A stretch of 64,000 nt of DNA, taken from assembly GCA_964586285.1 (NCBI GenBank), contig CAZPHU010000005.1, positions 3,813 to 67,812 on the forward strand, read 5' to 3'. The DNA is from an uncultured Fibrobacterota bacterium. GTDB lineage: Bacteria; Fibrobacterota; Chitinivibrionia; Chitinivibrionales; CAYFVL01. Position 1 is the first letter of the stretch; each line of letters opens with the position of its first letter. Made by a program: the position numbers and the translations under genes. Shown here piece after piece: positions 30,551 through 38,613 of this stretch. A model generated the notes under the pieces. That model had not been told where the DNA came from. It made no database searches and saw only the letters and a program-made list of their open reading frames with translations.

Positions 30551-31351
30551 TCAAGGTAAGGGTATTCCATTTCCCCTGGGTATATTTGTGTACGAAGAAT
30601 ACGAACCGTCTATCAGATCTTTTACCCTGCTTACTCTATCTTTGGAATCCGGGTGTGTGGAGAGGAATTCGATATTTTGTCCGCCGCTCATATCGGCCAG
30701 CATTTGAAGCATATCCTGCATACCTTTAGGGTTGATTCCCGCATGCGCGACATACTTTAGTCCTTCCCCGTCTGCCTCAAATTCGTTATCTCTGCTGTAT
30801 TTAAGCACCCTTAATCCTCCAACCACTCCAAGGGCTCCGGCGATAACTTCCCTGTCCCCCGCAATCAGGCCGATAGCCATATTCTGAAACTGAGTACGCA
30901 TCAGCCTCTTGACCCCATGGCGCAGGGTAATATGAGCGATCTCGTGAGCCAGGACAGAGGCCAGCATCGCTTCATCACCCCCCTGCTCGATTATTTTTTT
31001 GATCAAACCTGTATAGATATACACAAAACCGCCGGGAACGGCAAACGCATTTATATCGTCTCTGTCGATGATCTGGAAATGGAATTCAAGTTCCTTGCGA
31101 ACACCCTGAGCATCGGCCAGCCTCTGTCCCAGGTCTTCGATATAGGTTACCAGGTCGCGATTATGGCTGCCGTTGTCTTCATAAAGTGGGTAATCACTGC
31201 TTTCCCGAATTTGGGCATCGACATTATGCCCCATCCGTATTTCCTCGGAATCGGATATCAGAAATGATGCTGCGTCAAGAATTTTCCCACATCGTGGGGT
31301 AAGAACCAGTACCATCCAAACGCTTACCAGCGGTATTATCCGACCTTTCAT
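30551..31351 (-). CDS. M48-family zinc metallopeptidase
   Basis: 'LAHEIAHITLRHG' (HExxH), 'NEFEADGEG', and the signal-like 'MKGRIIPLVSVWMVLVL'. Confidence 0.85.
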   Translation of the reverse strand: MKGRIIPLVSVWMVLVLTPRCGKILDAASFLISDSEEIRMGHNVDAQIRESSDYPLYEDNGSHNRDLVTYIEDLGQRLADAQGVRKELEFHFQIIDRDDINAFAVPGGFVYIYTGLIKKIIEQGGDEAMLASVLAHEIAHITLRHGVKRLMRTQFQNMAIGLIAGDREVIAGALGVVGGLRVLKYSRDNEFEADGEGLKYVAHAGINPKGMQDMLQMLADMSGGQNIEFLSTHPDSKDRVSRVKDLIDGSYSSYTNIPRGNGIPLP

Positions 31352-31546
31352 AGCTGTGCACCTTTTAGATAGAAAACGAATACGCCGTGCAGACAAAATA
31401 CATTGTCCAATTGGGCATTCTCAATTTTAAAAAAGGATACTTCACCGGCGTATTTTCGCTGATTGCGACAAATGAAACCTGAAGTATTTCGAAATGATAG
31501 TTAAACTAAAATTAAATCCCGCACACACCGTTATCTATATTTTGCC

Positions 31547-31999
31547 ATGATGTGGATTAAAAACAAAAAATACCGAATACTTCTTCTATCGGTTTCGCTG
31601 CTTTTTGCTTTGGGCTGCGCTCCGTCCACTAAGATCAAACCGTTTACCTCGGATGACTGCTCCTGTTGGCCGGAAGGATACGATAATCAAAATCAGTGGG
31701 AAGAGTGCTGCAGAGAGCATGATCTTGCCTATTGGGCCGGTGGAAGTCGGGAAGATCGACTGAGGGCGGACGAGAAGCTCAGGGAATGTGTCGAGCAGGT
31801 CGGTGATACTGCAATCGCACGGGTAATGTATGTGGGAGTTCGGGTGGGAGGCAGCGCTCTGCTGCCATTCCCCTGGAGATGGGGGTACGGGTGGCCGTTT
31901 CTAAGAGGCTATGGCCCGTTGACTGAAAAAGAGCAGCGCATGGTCGACATATATAAGAAAGAGGCGCAAAAAAGAATCGGAAGAGAAAATGAAAAGTAG
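31547..31999 (+). CDS. Lipoprotein with phospholipase-A2-like CCxxHDxxY motif (hypothetical)
   Basis: 150 aa. Lipobox 'LLFALGC' and 'EECCREHDLAYWAGG...RADEKLREC'. Confidence 0.55.
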   Translation: MMWIKNKKYRILLLSVSLLFALGCAPSTKIKPFTSDDCSCWPEGYDNQNQWEECCREHDLAYWAGGSREDRLRADEKLRECVEQVGDTAIARVMYVGVRVGGSALLPFPWRWGYGWPFLRGYGPLTEKEQRMVDIYKKEAQKRIGRENEK

Positions 32000-32053
32000 G
32001 GTTTGAATCTTATATTATATACTACTTTGATTTTTCCATTCCCTGGATTGATG

Positions 32054-32956
32054 TCACCTTCTAAGATCGAAAAGGATCTGATCCTCCGCAACCGATCGTA
32101 TGGTGATATACCCGCAGCAAGCCTCTTTTGCGGTGCCGTGGTTTTTCGAAATGATCATATACGAATCGCCGGGGCGAGCCTCCATAGTGTCGTTTTCGGT
32201 CACTATCGGTTGCCCCGAAGATGCCACTCTGTATTTTCCCAGGAACAGGGCGGCGTCATAAGAGGAGGCGATTGTCCTGATCGAATCACACTGCTTCGAT
32301 GAAAAGCGGGTTGTGGAGTTTGTATCCATATAGACCAGAACCGCACCGTTGACCGCCCGGGCAACGACAGTCGAATCGCTGAGAGTGAATACCAGATCCG
32401 CCTTTCCTCCATCACTGAAACCGCTAATATTATCCATCCTTTGTACGTCTACGATATCAAAAGAATCGGCATCTATATCCAATCCGCCGTCTTTTCCCGC
32501 GCCTCTGTACACGGTTTTGATTTTTAGCGAGGCATACGCGGTCTGGTTGTTGGAGGAGATATCGACTATTTGGCTGAGATCCCCCGCGGTATCCCGTGCC
32601 GCGACGGCCCAGATACGAAAACTTGTCTGGTCGTACCGAAAACTAAATGCGGTGTCTCCGGTGAATTTCTTGTTGAGTATGATCGAATCTACCGGCGAAG
32701 GTTCCGACTCATTTTCATCCGAGAGATCAAAAAGCACATACCCTGCGAAATCATCCTCTGTGTTGTTGCCCCTGAAAATGATCCGCCCGCTGTCCGGAGG
32801 AACCTGCTCGAACTGGACATTAGTTGGTGCGGCTATCGTGGCTACGGTGTCCTCTTTCGCCGCTGTGGGAAGAAGGTCGGCGCAGTTGGAAAGGGTAAGC
32901 ACCGTCAAAATCAGAAGAGAATAAACCAGGGCATAGAATAAACCGACTTTTTTCAT
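32054..32956 (-). CDS. Hypothetical lipoprotein (Fn3/Ig-like beta-rich)
   Basis: ATG 32956 gives 'MKKVGLFYALVYSLLILTVLTLSNC' (lipobox). I recognise no catalytic motif. Confidence 0.6.
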   Translation of the reverse strand: MKKVGLFYALVYSLLILTVLTLSNCADLLPTAAKEDTVATIAAPTNVQFEQVPPDSGRIIFRGNNTEDDFAGYVLFDLSDENESEPSPVDSIILNKKFTGDTAFSFRYDQTSFRIWAVAARDTAGDLSQIVDISSNNQTAYASLKIKTVYRGAGKDGGLDIDADSFDIVDVQRMDNISGFSDGGKADLVFTLSDSTVVARAVNGAVLVYMDTNSTTRFSSKQCDSIRTIASSYDAALFLGKYRVASSGQPIVTENDTMEARPGDSYMIISKNHGTAKEACCGYITIRSVAEDQILFDLRR

Positions 32957-33202
32957 AAAATCACTCTCGATGAATGTTGTTAGCAGGACCGAATAAAAAA
33001 ATAAATCATAGAAGGTGTCGCAAAAAGATATATTACAATATGCGCTCATAAACACGCGGCACAACCTTTGCAATGCACGATTCGGTGCCAAGTATCAAAA
33101 AAGATCAATCAAAACTATTGATTCGTATCACAAACACGGTATAATTGAATTATTTTCATCTCAGACAGTAACTTCGTTCTAATTATTTACAGGAGGGTGT
33201 TC

Positions 33203-34120
33203 ATGAAAAGAGTTGCTAAAGCCTTGACTTCCATTTCGATGCTCGGTATCGCGGGCATGTTTGTTCTCAATTTAAGCAGTTGTGATGCTCTTGGCCCGGA
33301 GGAAAACGACGATAATGCATCCGTTAGTATCAAACAAATCGAAAACGTAACCTTTTCCGGAGGGGCTGAAACAGCCACACGTCCCTTGGACGGAGAGATT
33401 AAGGGAGATCCTCAGATCAATGATGTAGTTTTTTCGATCATATATGAAGGCGAGGATGTAACCGAAGAGGGCCATATTATAATCGACCAAGGAGAATTCG
33501 TTTACGAAAATAAGAAAAAAGTTGATCTGGATGCCATTTCATTAATCATCAATAACACCGCCTGTAACGGCACATACACTCTTAAGATCGATGTGACAGC
33601 AGGAAGTGCTCCCGGTGGGAATAGTACAAGCTTCACTGTTTCCGGTGCAACCGCTTGCGGCGAGCAGCCGGAAGAACAATTGCAGGAGGTAACGGTTACA
33701 GTGGGTAATCAAGACGCAGGCCCCGGATCGGCTCTTGATGTTGACAGCATGAAAGTACATCAATCCAGTGACGCCAAAAACAGTGCTTCGATTCAGGAAG
33801 CTGTCGATGTATGGTTTGGTATTGTTGAGAGCAATGCATCGATGATGGCTCCCGCCAGTGCTCCGTCCGGTTTTGCCACAAGCAGTTGGACCGTTAAAAA
33901 CGCTACTGCGTTTCAAAAAGTTACGGTTGCTTTTGATGAGATTACCACTCAATCTCAAATCGATGCCCTATGGTCGGGTAGCGGATCGAGTCTGGTAACA
34001 ATAGCGGCAGGTGACGTCTTTGTTGTTCAAACTGTAGAAGGTAACAACCGTTTGCTCAAAATTGTATCAGCATCTGATGCTACAACTGGAACAGCGGAAG
34101 TCACGGGCAAAATCAAATAA
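33203..34120 (+). CDS. Hypothetical lipoprotein
   Basis: ATG 33203 follows a CAGGAGGG SD. 'MKRVAKALTSISMLGIAGMFVLNLSSC' (lipobox). Confidence 0.6.
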   Translation: MKRVAKALTSISMLGIAGMFVLNLSSCDALGPEENDDNASVSIKQIENVTFSGGAETATRPLDGEIKGDPQINDVVFSIIYEGEDVTEEGHIIIDQGEFVYENKKKVDLDAISLIINNTACNGTYTLKIDVTAGSAPGGNSTSFTVSGATACGEQPEEQLQEVTVTVGNQDAGPGSALDVDSMKVHQSSDAKNSASIQEAVDVWFGIVESNASMMAPASAPSGFATSSWTVKNATAFQKVTVAFDEITTQSQIDALWSGSGSSLVTIAAGDVFVVQTVEGNNRLLKIVSASDATTGTAEVTGKIK

Positions 34121-34149
34121 CTTCTTTAGATTTTTGTTTTATAGGCATA

Positions 34150-34178
34150 AAAGCCGGTCTCTATTGACCGGCTTTTTT
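34150..34178. terminator. Bidirectional rho-independent terminator
   Basis: AAAGCCGGTC (34150-34159), loop tctatt, GACCGGCTTT (34166-34175), then TTT. It lies between convergent genes. Confidence 0.8.
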
Positions 34179-34197
34179 AATACCCTCTCGACACTTT

Positions 34198-34944
34198 TTA
34201 CTCCTTAAAGGGCAGCAACTCCGAGATGAACTTCACCGTTCGGTGGGGCTGTATTTTACAATCCGAGGGCAAGCCCGTACCTCGAGCATCATTCCATACG
34301 GTGTACATCCCAAGCCTTTGAGGCACCGCCACCTCCCATTCAAGATTGTCCCCTACTATCCAGCTCTGATACGCCTTGAGGCCTATGGCGGCTGCGGCAT
34401 CATGGTAGACCCGCTCCTGTGGTTTGCCGTAACCAAGCTCTCCCTCAATAAAGATATGGTCGAAAAACCGCTCCAGCTTAAAGCGCTCGACTTTCATGCG
34501 CTGCATCCGTTTGTCGCCGTTTGTAACAAGTACTAACGGTATCCCCTGCTGTTTCAATGAGTGCAGTGTCTTCTCGGCACCCGGGAAAAACTCCAGCTTC
34601 TTTGCATGCTCCTCTATATACTCATCAGCCATTTTTAGAGCAAGTTCACCATTGTCGATGTTCAGAAGCGTAAATGCCCCAGACACGACCTTGTGACGAG
34701 CCGCGGTCATGTCCAGTCTACCGATTCGATGACGGGCCGGATCCGACCAATACCAGAGGCTGTACTTAACTATAGCCTCATACAACTGATCGGCCGTAAC
34801 ACTCCCGATCTTCTCAGCATAAACCCGGCTGACCCTTTTCCACACCGACGGCGCAACCACTCCAAAGGAGATTATCGTATCATCCAAATCAAACAGGATA
34901 CCGGGAGGTAATTCGTTTGTTTTTTTCGCTTCGTTTCTTTCCAT
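34198..34944 (-). CDS. HAD-superfamily hydrolase
   Basis: 'GILFDLDDTII' (DxDxT), 'LVLVTNGD', 'WIVGDNLEWEV'. Confidence 0.75.
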   Translation of the reverse strand: MERNEAKKTNELPPGILFDLDDTIISFGVVAPSVWKRVSRVYAEKIGSVTADQLYEAIVKYSLWYWSDPARHRIGRLDMTAARHKVVSGAFTLLNIDNGELALKMADEYIEEHAKKLEFFPGAEKTLHSLKQQGIPLVLVTNGDKRMQRMKVERFKLERFFDHIFIEGELGYGKPQERVYHDAAAAIGLKAYQSWIVGDNLEWEVAVPQRLGMYTVWNDARGTGLPSDCKIQPHRTVKFISELLPFKE

Positions 34945-35198
34945 TAAGACCAATTCCTGCACAATAAAAGGATAGCATCCAAATCTTTGCTTTGCCTTAC
35001 TTCATTACGCCGGGACATCAGGATAATGCCCCCCGAAACATTTAGCGCCGGCCCAAACTCATTATCTTCGGATCCACCCCCGGCCTCATGGCATCAAAAA
35101 TACTTAATTTCGCTATTCCCGATTATTTTGGATGCGGCTTTTGGAACAATATTTGTACAAAGTGTTTCTGTGAGTTTATCACCTGGAAGGGAGGTTTT

Positions 35199-35960
35199 AT
35201 GGGTAGCAGTATGGACGGGAAAACCGCATTTATCACCGGAGCGGCATCGGGAATCGGCGCCTCCACGGCTTCTATGCTTCTCAGAGAGGGAGCACGGGTG
35301 TGTATCACGGATGTTACCGACATCCGGGATGAAGAGCTGTCGCACATGATTTCCGAGAGGCCCGACAATTCTCTATTCCTCAAAGCGGATGTATCGGACG
35401 ATTCTCAGGTTGAGAAAGTCATCCGAGGCACGGTCGAGCGCTTCGGCTCCCTCGATTTTGCCTTCAACAACGCAGGTATCGAAGGCAAACAGGTTCCAAC
35501 GGCAGAGTATGACCAAAGCGACTTCGATCGTGTAATCGCTATCAATCTCAAGGGTGTGTGGCTATGCATGCGCCATGAGATCGATTACATGTTGAAGAGG
35601 GGCCATGGTTCGATTGTAAACAATTCCTCCATTGCCGGTCTGAGGGGTTTTTCCAACCTCAGTGCTTATACCGCAAGTAAGCATGGGGTGATAGGCCTCA
35701 CCAAATCCGCAGCTCTAGAGTATGCAAAAAGTGGAATCAGAGTAAATGCGGTATGCCCCGGAGTGATTCGCACGGCAATGGTAGATCGGGTTATCGGCGG
35801 CGATCCCGAGGTAGAAAAAATGTACACCGGCATGGAACCGATAGGGAGAATGGGCGTCCCCAGGGAAATAGGAGAAGCTGTTTTGTGGCTGTTTTCAGAC
35901 AGTTCCTCATTCGTAACCGGACACGCAATGATCGTGGACGGTGGAATGATGGCGGCATAG
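35199..35960 (+). CDS. SDR-family oxidoreductase
   Basis: 'AFITGAASGIGAS', 'NNAG', 'YTASKHGVIGLT', 'PGVIRT'. ATG 35199 follows GGAAGGGAGG. Confidence 0.9.
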   Translation: MGSSMDGKTAFITGAASGIGASTASMLLREGARVCITDVTDIRDEELSHMISERPDNSLFLKADVSDDSQVEKVIRGTVERFGSLDFAFNNAGIEGKQVPTAEYDQSDFDRVIAINLKGVWLCMRHEIDYMLKRGHGSIVNNSSIAGLRGFSNLSAYTASKHGVIGLTKSAALEYAKSGIRVNAVCPGVIRTAMVDRVIGGDPEVEKMYTGMEPIGRMGVPREIGEAVLWLFSDSSSFVTGHAMIVDGGMMAA

Positions 35961-35984
35961 TCGAATCAATAATAGGTGAAAAAA

Positions 35985-36020
35985 AGTCAGGGAAGGAATA
36001 GTGCCTTTCCCTGACTCTTT
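35985..36020 (+). terminator. Rho-independent terminator candidate after the SDR gene
   Basis: AGTCAGGGAAGG (35985-35996), loop aatagtg, CCTTTCCCTGACT (36004-36016) with one bulge, then CTTT. Confidence 0.55.
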
Positions 36021-36089
36021 AGAATTATATGATAGATAATGATCATCGGGATATGGGGTATATTACTTTGACAATAATAGATCTTATCG

Positions 36090-36350
36090 TTACTTCGCAC
36101 AGCTGCGCGGAAAAATCCGCTTCATGGATAATCCGATGATCGGGACTATAATCAGTGCTTCAAAATAGCCTAGAGTCTGCATCCAATGTGTTTTTAGAAA
36201 ACCCAAGCCATTTTGTTGGCCTAGTTTGGCCATCTTGTCCAAGAGATGATCGCCGCAAGAAGAGTTCATCACCCGGTTTAAGCGTTTTAAAACCCCGAAA
36301 ACCCCTTCGGTCAGACTTTTATCTATTTCTAACACATTAGTAATAGACAT
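36090..36350 (-). CDS. Hypothetical small protein
   Basis: 86-aa ORF with a hydrophobic C-terminal segment 'FEALIIVPIIGLSM'. No motif recognised. Confidence 0.3.
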   Translation of the reverse strand: MSITNVLEIDKSLTEGVFGVLKRLNRVMNSSCGDHLLDKMAKLGQQNGLGFLKTHWMQTLGYFEALIIVPIIGLSMKRIFPRSCAK

Positions 36351-36604
36351 TTTGTGATTGAAATATCTATATTACCTGTTGTGGCTTTAAGGTGGTTTTT
36401 AGATTCCGCTTTCGATAAAAGCGCACTTTTTGTGGTTTTATTTGTCTTTTTGTTTTTAGTTCCTGTTTCCCTGGACTTTGACCTTGATTTTGCGGCGGTT
36501 GCCGGACTTAGCTGATGGTGGTAAAGACTTGAATGCCCACTTATTCTCAGTAAAGGCTTCAATTGACCGACAAGGTTACCTTCAGTCCATATGGCACTTT
36601 CCAT
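36329..36604 (-). CDS. Hypothetical basic low-complexity protein
   Basis: 91-aa ORF rich in K/T/S. It overlaps the next ORF by 22 nt in a different frame. Confidence 0.25.
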   Translation of the reverse strand: MESAIWTEGNLVGQLKPLLRISGHSSLYHHQLSPATAAKSRSKSRETGTKNKKTNKTTKSALLSKAESKNHLKATTGNIDISITKCLLLMC

Positions 36605-36725
36605 TTCACCGACATGTAGAGAATTGATTCGGTTATAAACAATGGATGCAAATATTCAGGACTAAAACAGATACCAGGAAGCCGAATCATGGTTCAGATA
36701 AGGTGTGTGCTGAAAGGATTTTTAG

Positions 36726-38609
36726 ATGACCGTTGAACCACGCTCAGATTCCGAAGACGCTTTTTCGGATATACCGGCTAAGAGGACTCATCGACAGCCG
36801 GATAATAAAAGGAATATCGAAGCAAAACCAACAAGTACCCGCACAGATCTGGCGGGTTTGGGGATAAATACGTCCACCGGTACCAACATTTATGTAGGAA
36901 AAAAAATCACAGGATCCTTTTTACCCGAAACCCTGCGCAGGCTTAAGGATACCACCCTGGACGGTTTTTCAATCGAGACAAAATCGAAAGACGGCAAGGA
37001 AACCGATGTATGCCCAAAGAAGACTACGCGGTTTTCGCAGACGACGATCGAAACTTCTCCAATTGCGCCTGTGAAGAACAAAGCAAAAACAGACTGTCCG
37101 ATTGTGGTCGAGGAGTCCTCGGAAAGTTCAGTTGAGAAGCAGAAGAATAAGTCTTCTAATGCCGGGCATAAGAAAGATAAGAAATCCTCACATCACATAT
37201 CGGTTGATATTTCATCCGGTTACATGGGAAGCTTGCCCTCCGAGGATGATCGTGTGTCGCTTGGTTCGGGTATTTCGGCAGGAGTTTTGGGAAGCGGAGG
37301 GATGGCCAAGGTTTATAAGATCTGGAATGAACAGCTGGAGATATTCCGCGCCGTGAAGGTACTGCTTCCTTCCAATCATCAGGAAACCTGGAGGCGATTT
37401 GAAACCGAGGCTAAGATATCGGCCAAACTTCATCATCCAAACATCGTAGAGGTATATACGATTGGGCAATGGCACGGGTTGCCCTTCATGGAGATGGAAA
37501 TGGTACAGGGAAAACCTCTGACCGATTTGATTTCCAGGTTCAAGCCTCTTCCCTGCTTTGTATGCTCAGCCGTGGCACTTCAGATTTCTCGCGCCCTTGC
37601 CTATGCGCATCGCCTGGAGGTTCTCATATACGGGAAGAAGTACAAAGGCATTATCCATCGTGATCTTAAGCCGTCAAACATAATGATTGATGAAAGCGGA
37701 GTGGTCAAACTGATGGATTTCGGTGTGGCGCGGCCGGTCGAAACCGGCCTGCATACAATCAACACCACGAATCTTGTAGGCACAATGCAGTATTTTTCGC
37801 CCGAGCAGATTAACGGGTATCCGATCGATCAGCTGTCCGACATATATTCTTTCGGGGCGGTACTGTATGAGATGATATGCGGTGTCAATCCTTTCCCGCA
37901 AAGCAAGATGGTTCAGCTGATACAGGCAAAAACAAAAAATGTGTTCAAACGCCTGGAGGATTACAGCTTGACCTTTGACGGCAGACTATCCTCCGTCTCC
38001 CAGATATGTTTACGAACCGATAAGAACACGCGTTACAATGATTCCGCGCAACTGCAGGAGCATCTGGAGGAAATTCACAGATCATTTAAGATCGGTTCTC
38101 CGGAAGATGTGGTTGTCTCATTTCTCAATGATCCGGAGTCGATGTACAGGGAAGAGAAAGAAAGATATTTACAGTCGGTACACGCGGTAGCGCAACAGCC
38201 TCCAGATCCGCCTGTTCGGAGGGTGCAAGCCGTAAACACGGATGCGGACACCGAGCGCTGCGAATCGTCATCAATTTACGATCAGGAGCAAGGCGCATCA
38301 AAAATCAGGGCTGCAAAAGAGAGTGAATTTACGAATAAACAGTTTGATATCGGGGATCAGACGCAGAAATGCGGCTTCGTAGTAACTTCCGAGAAAAGCC
38401 GGCCGGAGAATGAAGAGGAGTTTGAGGAGCCAAAGCCCAAAAGAAAACTGCCTTTGCTTGTTTTGATCATTCTTGCTTCTTTGCTTGTTGTTGTCGGTAT
38501 TATTTTGTTTCTTCGAAGTACGTCAGGTACGCAAAAGTCCGTGTCACATATTAAAAAAGGCTCGATATCATGTGTATCGTTGAGTGCGCCTTTGAAACGA
38601 GAGGTTTGA
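36726..38609 (+). CDS. Hanks-type Ser/Thr protein kinase, C-terminally membrane-anchored
   Basis: 627 aa. 'GSGGMAKVYKI...AVKVL', 'HRDLKPSNIM', 'DFGVAR', 'YFSPEQ', and a C-terminal TM 'LPLLVLIILASLLVVVGIILFL' followed by only ~30 aa. Confidence 0.9.
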   Translation: MTVEPRSDSEDAFSDIPAKRTHRQPDNKRNIEAKPTSTRTDLAGLGINTSTGTNIYVGKKITGSFLPETLRRLKDTTLDGFSIETKSKDGKETDVCPKKTTRFSQTTIETSPIAPVKNKAKTDCPIVVEESSESSVEKQKNKSSNAGHKKDKKSSHHISVDISSGYMGSLPSEDDRVSLGSGISAGVLGSGGMAKVYKIWNEQLEIFRAVKVLLPSNHQETWRRFETEAKISAKLHHPNIVEVYTIGQWHGLPFMEMEMVQGKPLTDLISRFKPLPCFVCSAVALQISRALAYAHRLEVLIYGKKYKGIIHRDLKPSNIMIDESGVVKLMDFGVARPVETGLHTINTTNLVGTMQYFSPEQINGYPIDQLSDIYSFGAVLYEMICGVNPFPQSKMVQLIQAKTKNVFKRLEDYSLTFDGRLSSVSQICLRTDKNTRYNDSAQLQEHLEEIHRSFKIGSPEDVVVSFLNDPESMYREEKERYLQSVHAVAQQPPDPPVRRVQAVNTDADTERCESSSIYDQEQGASKIRAAKESEFTNKQFDIGDQTQKCGFVVTSEKSRPENEEEFEEPKPKRKLPLLVLIILASLLVVVGIILFLRSTSGTQKSVSHIKKGSISCVSLSAPLKREV

Positions 38610-38613
38610 TAGA

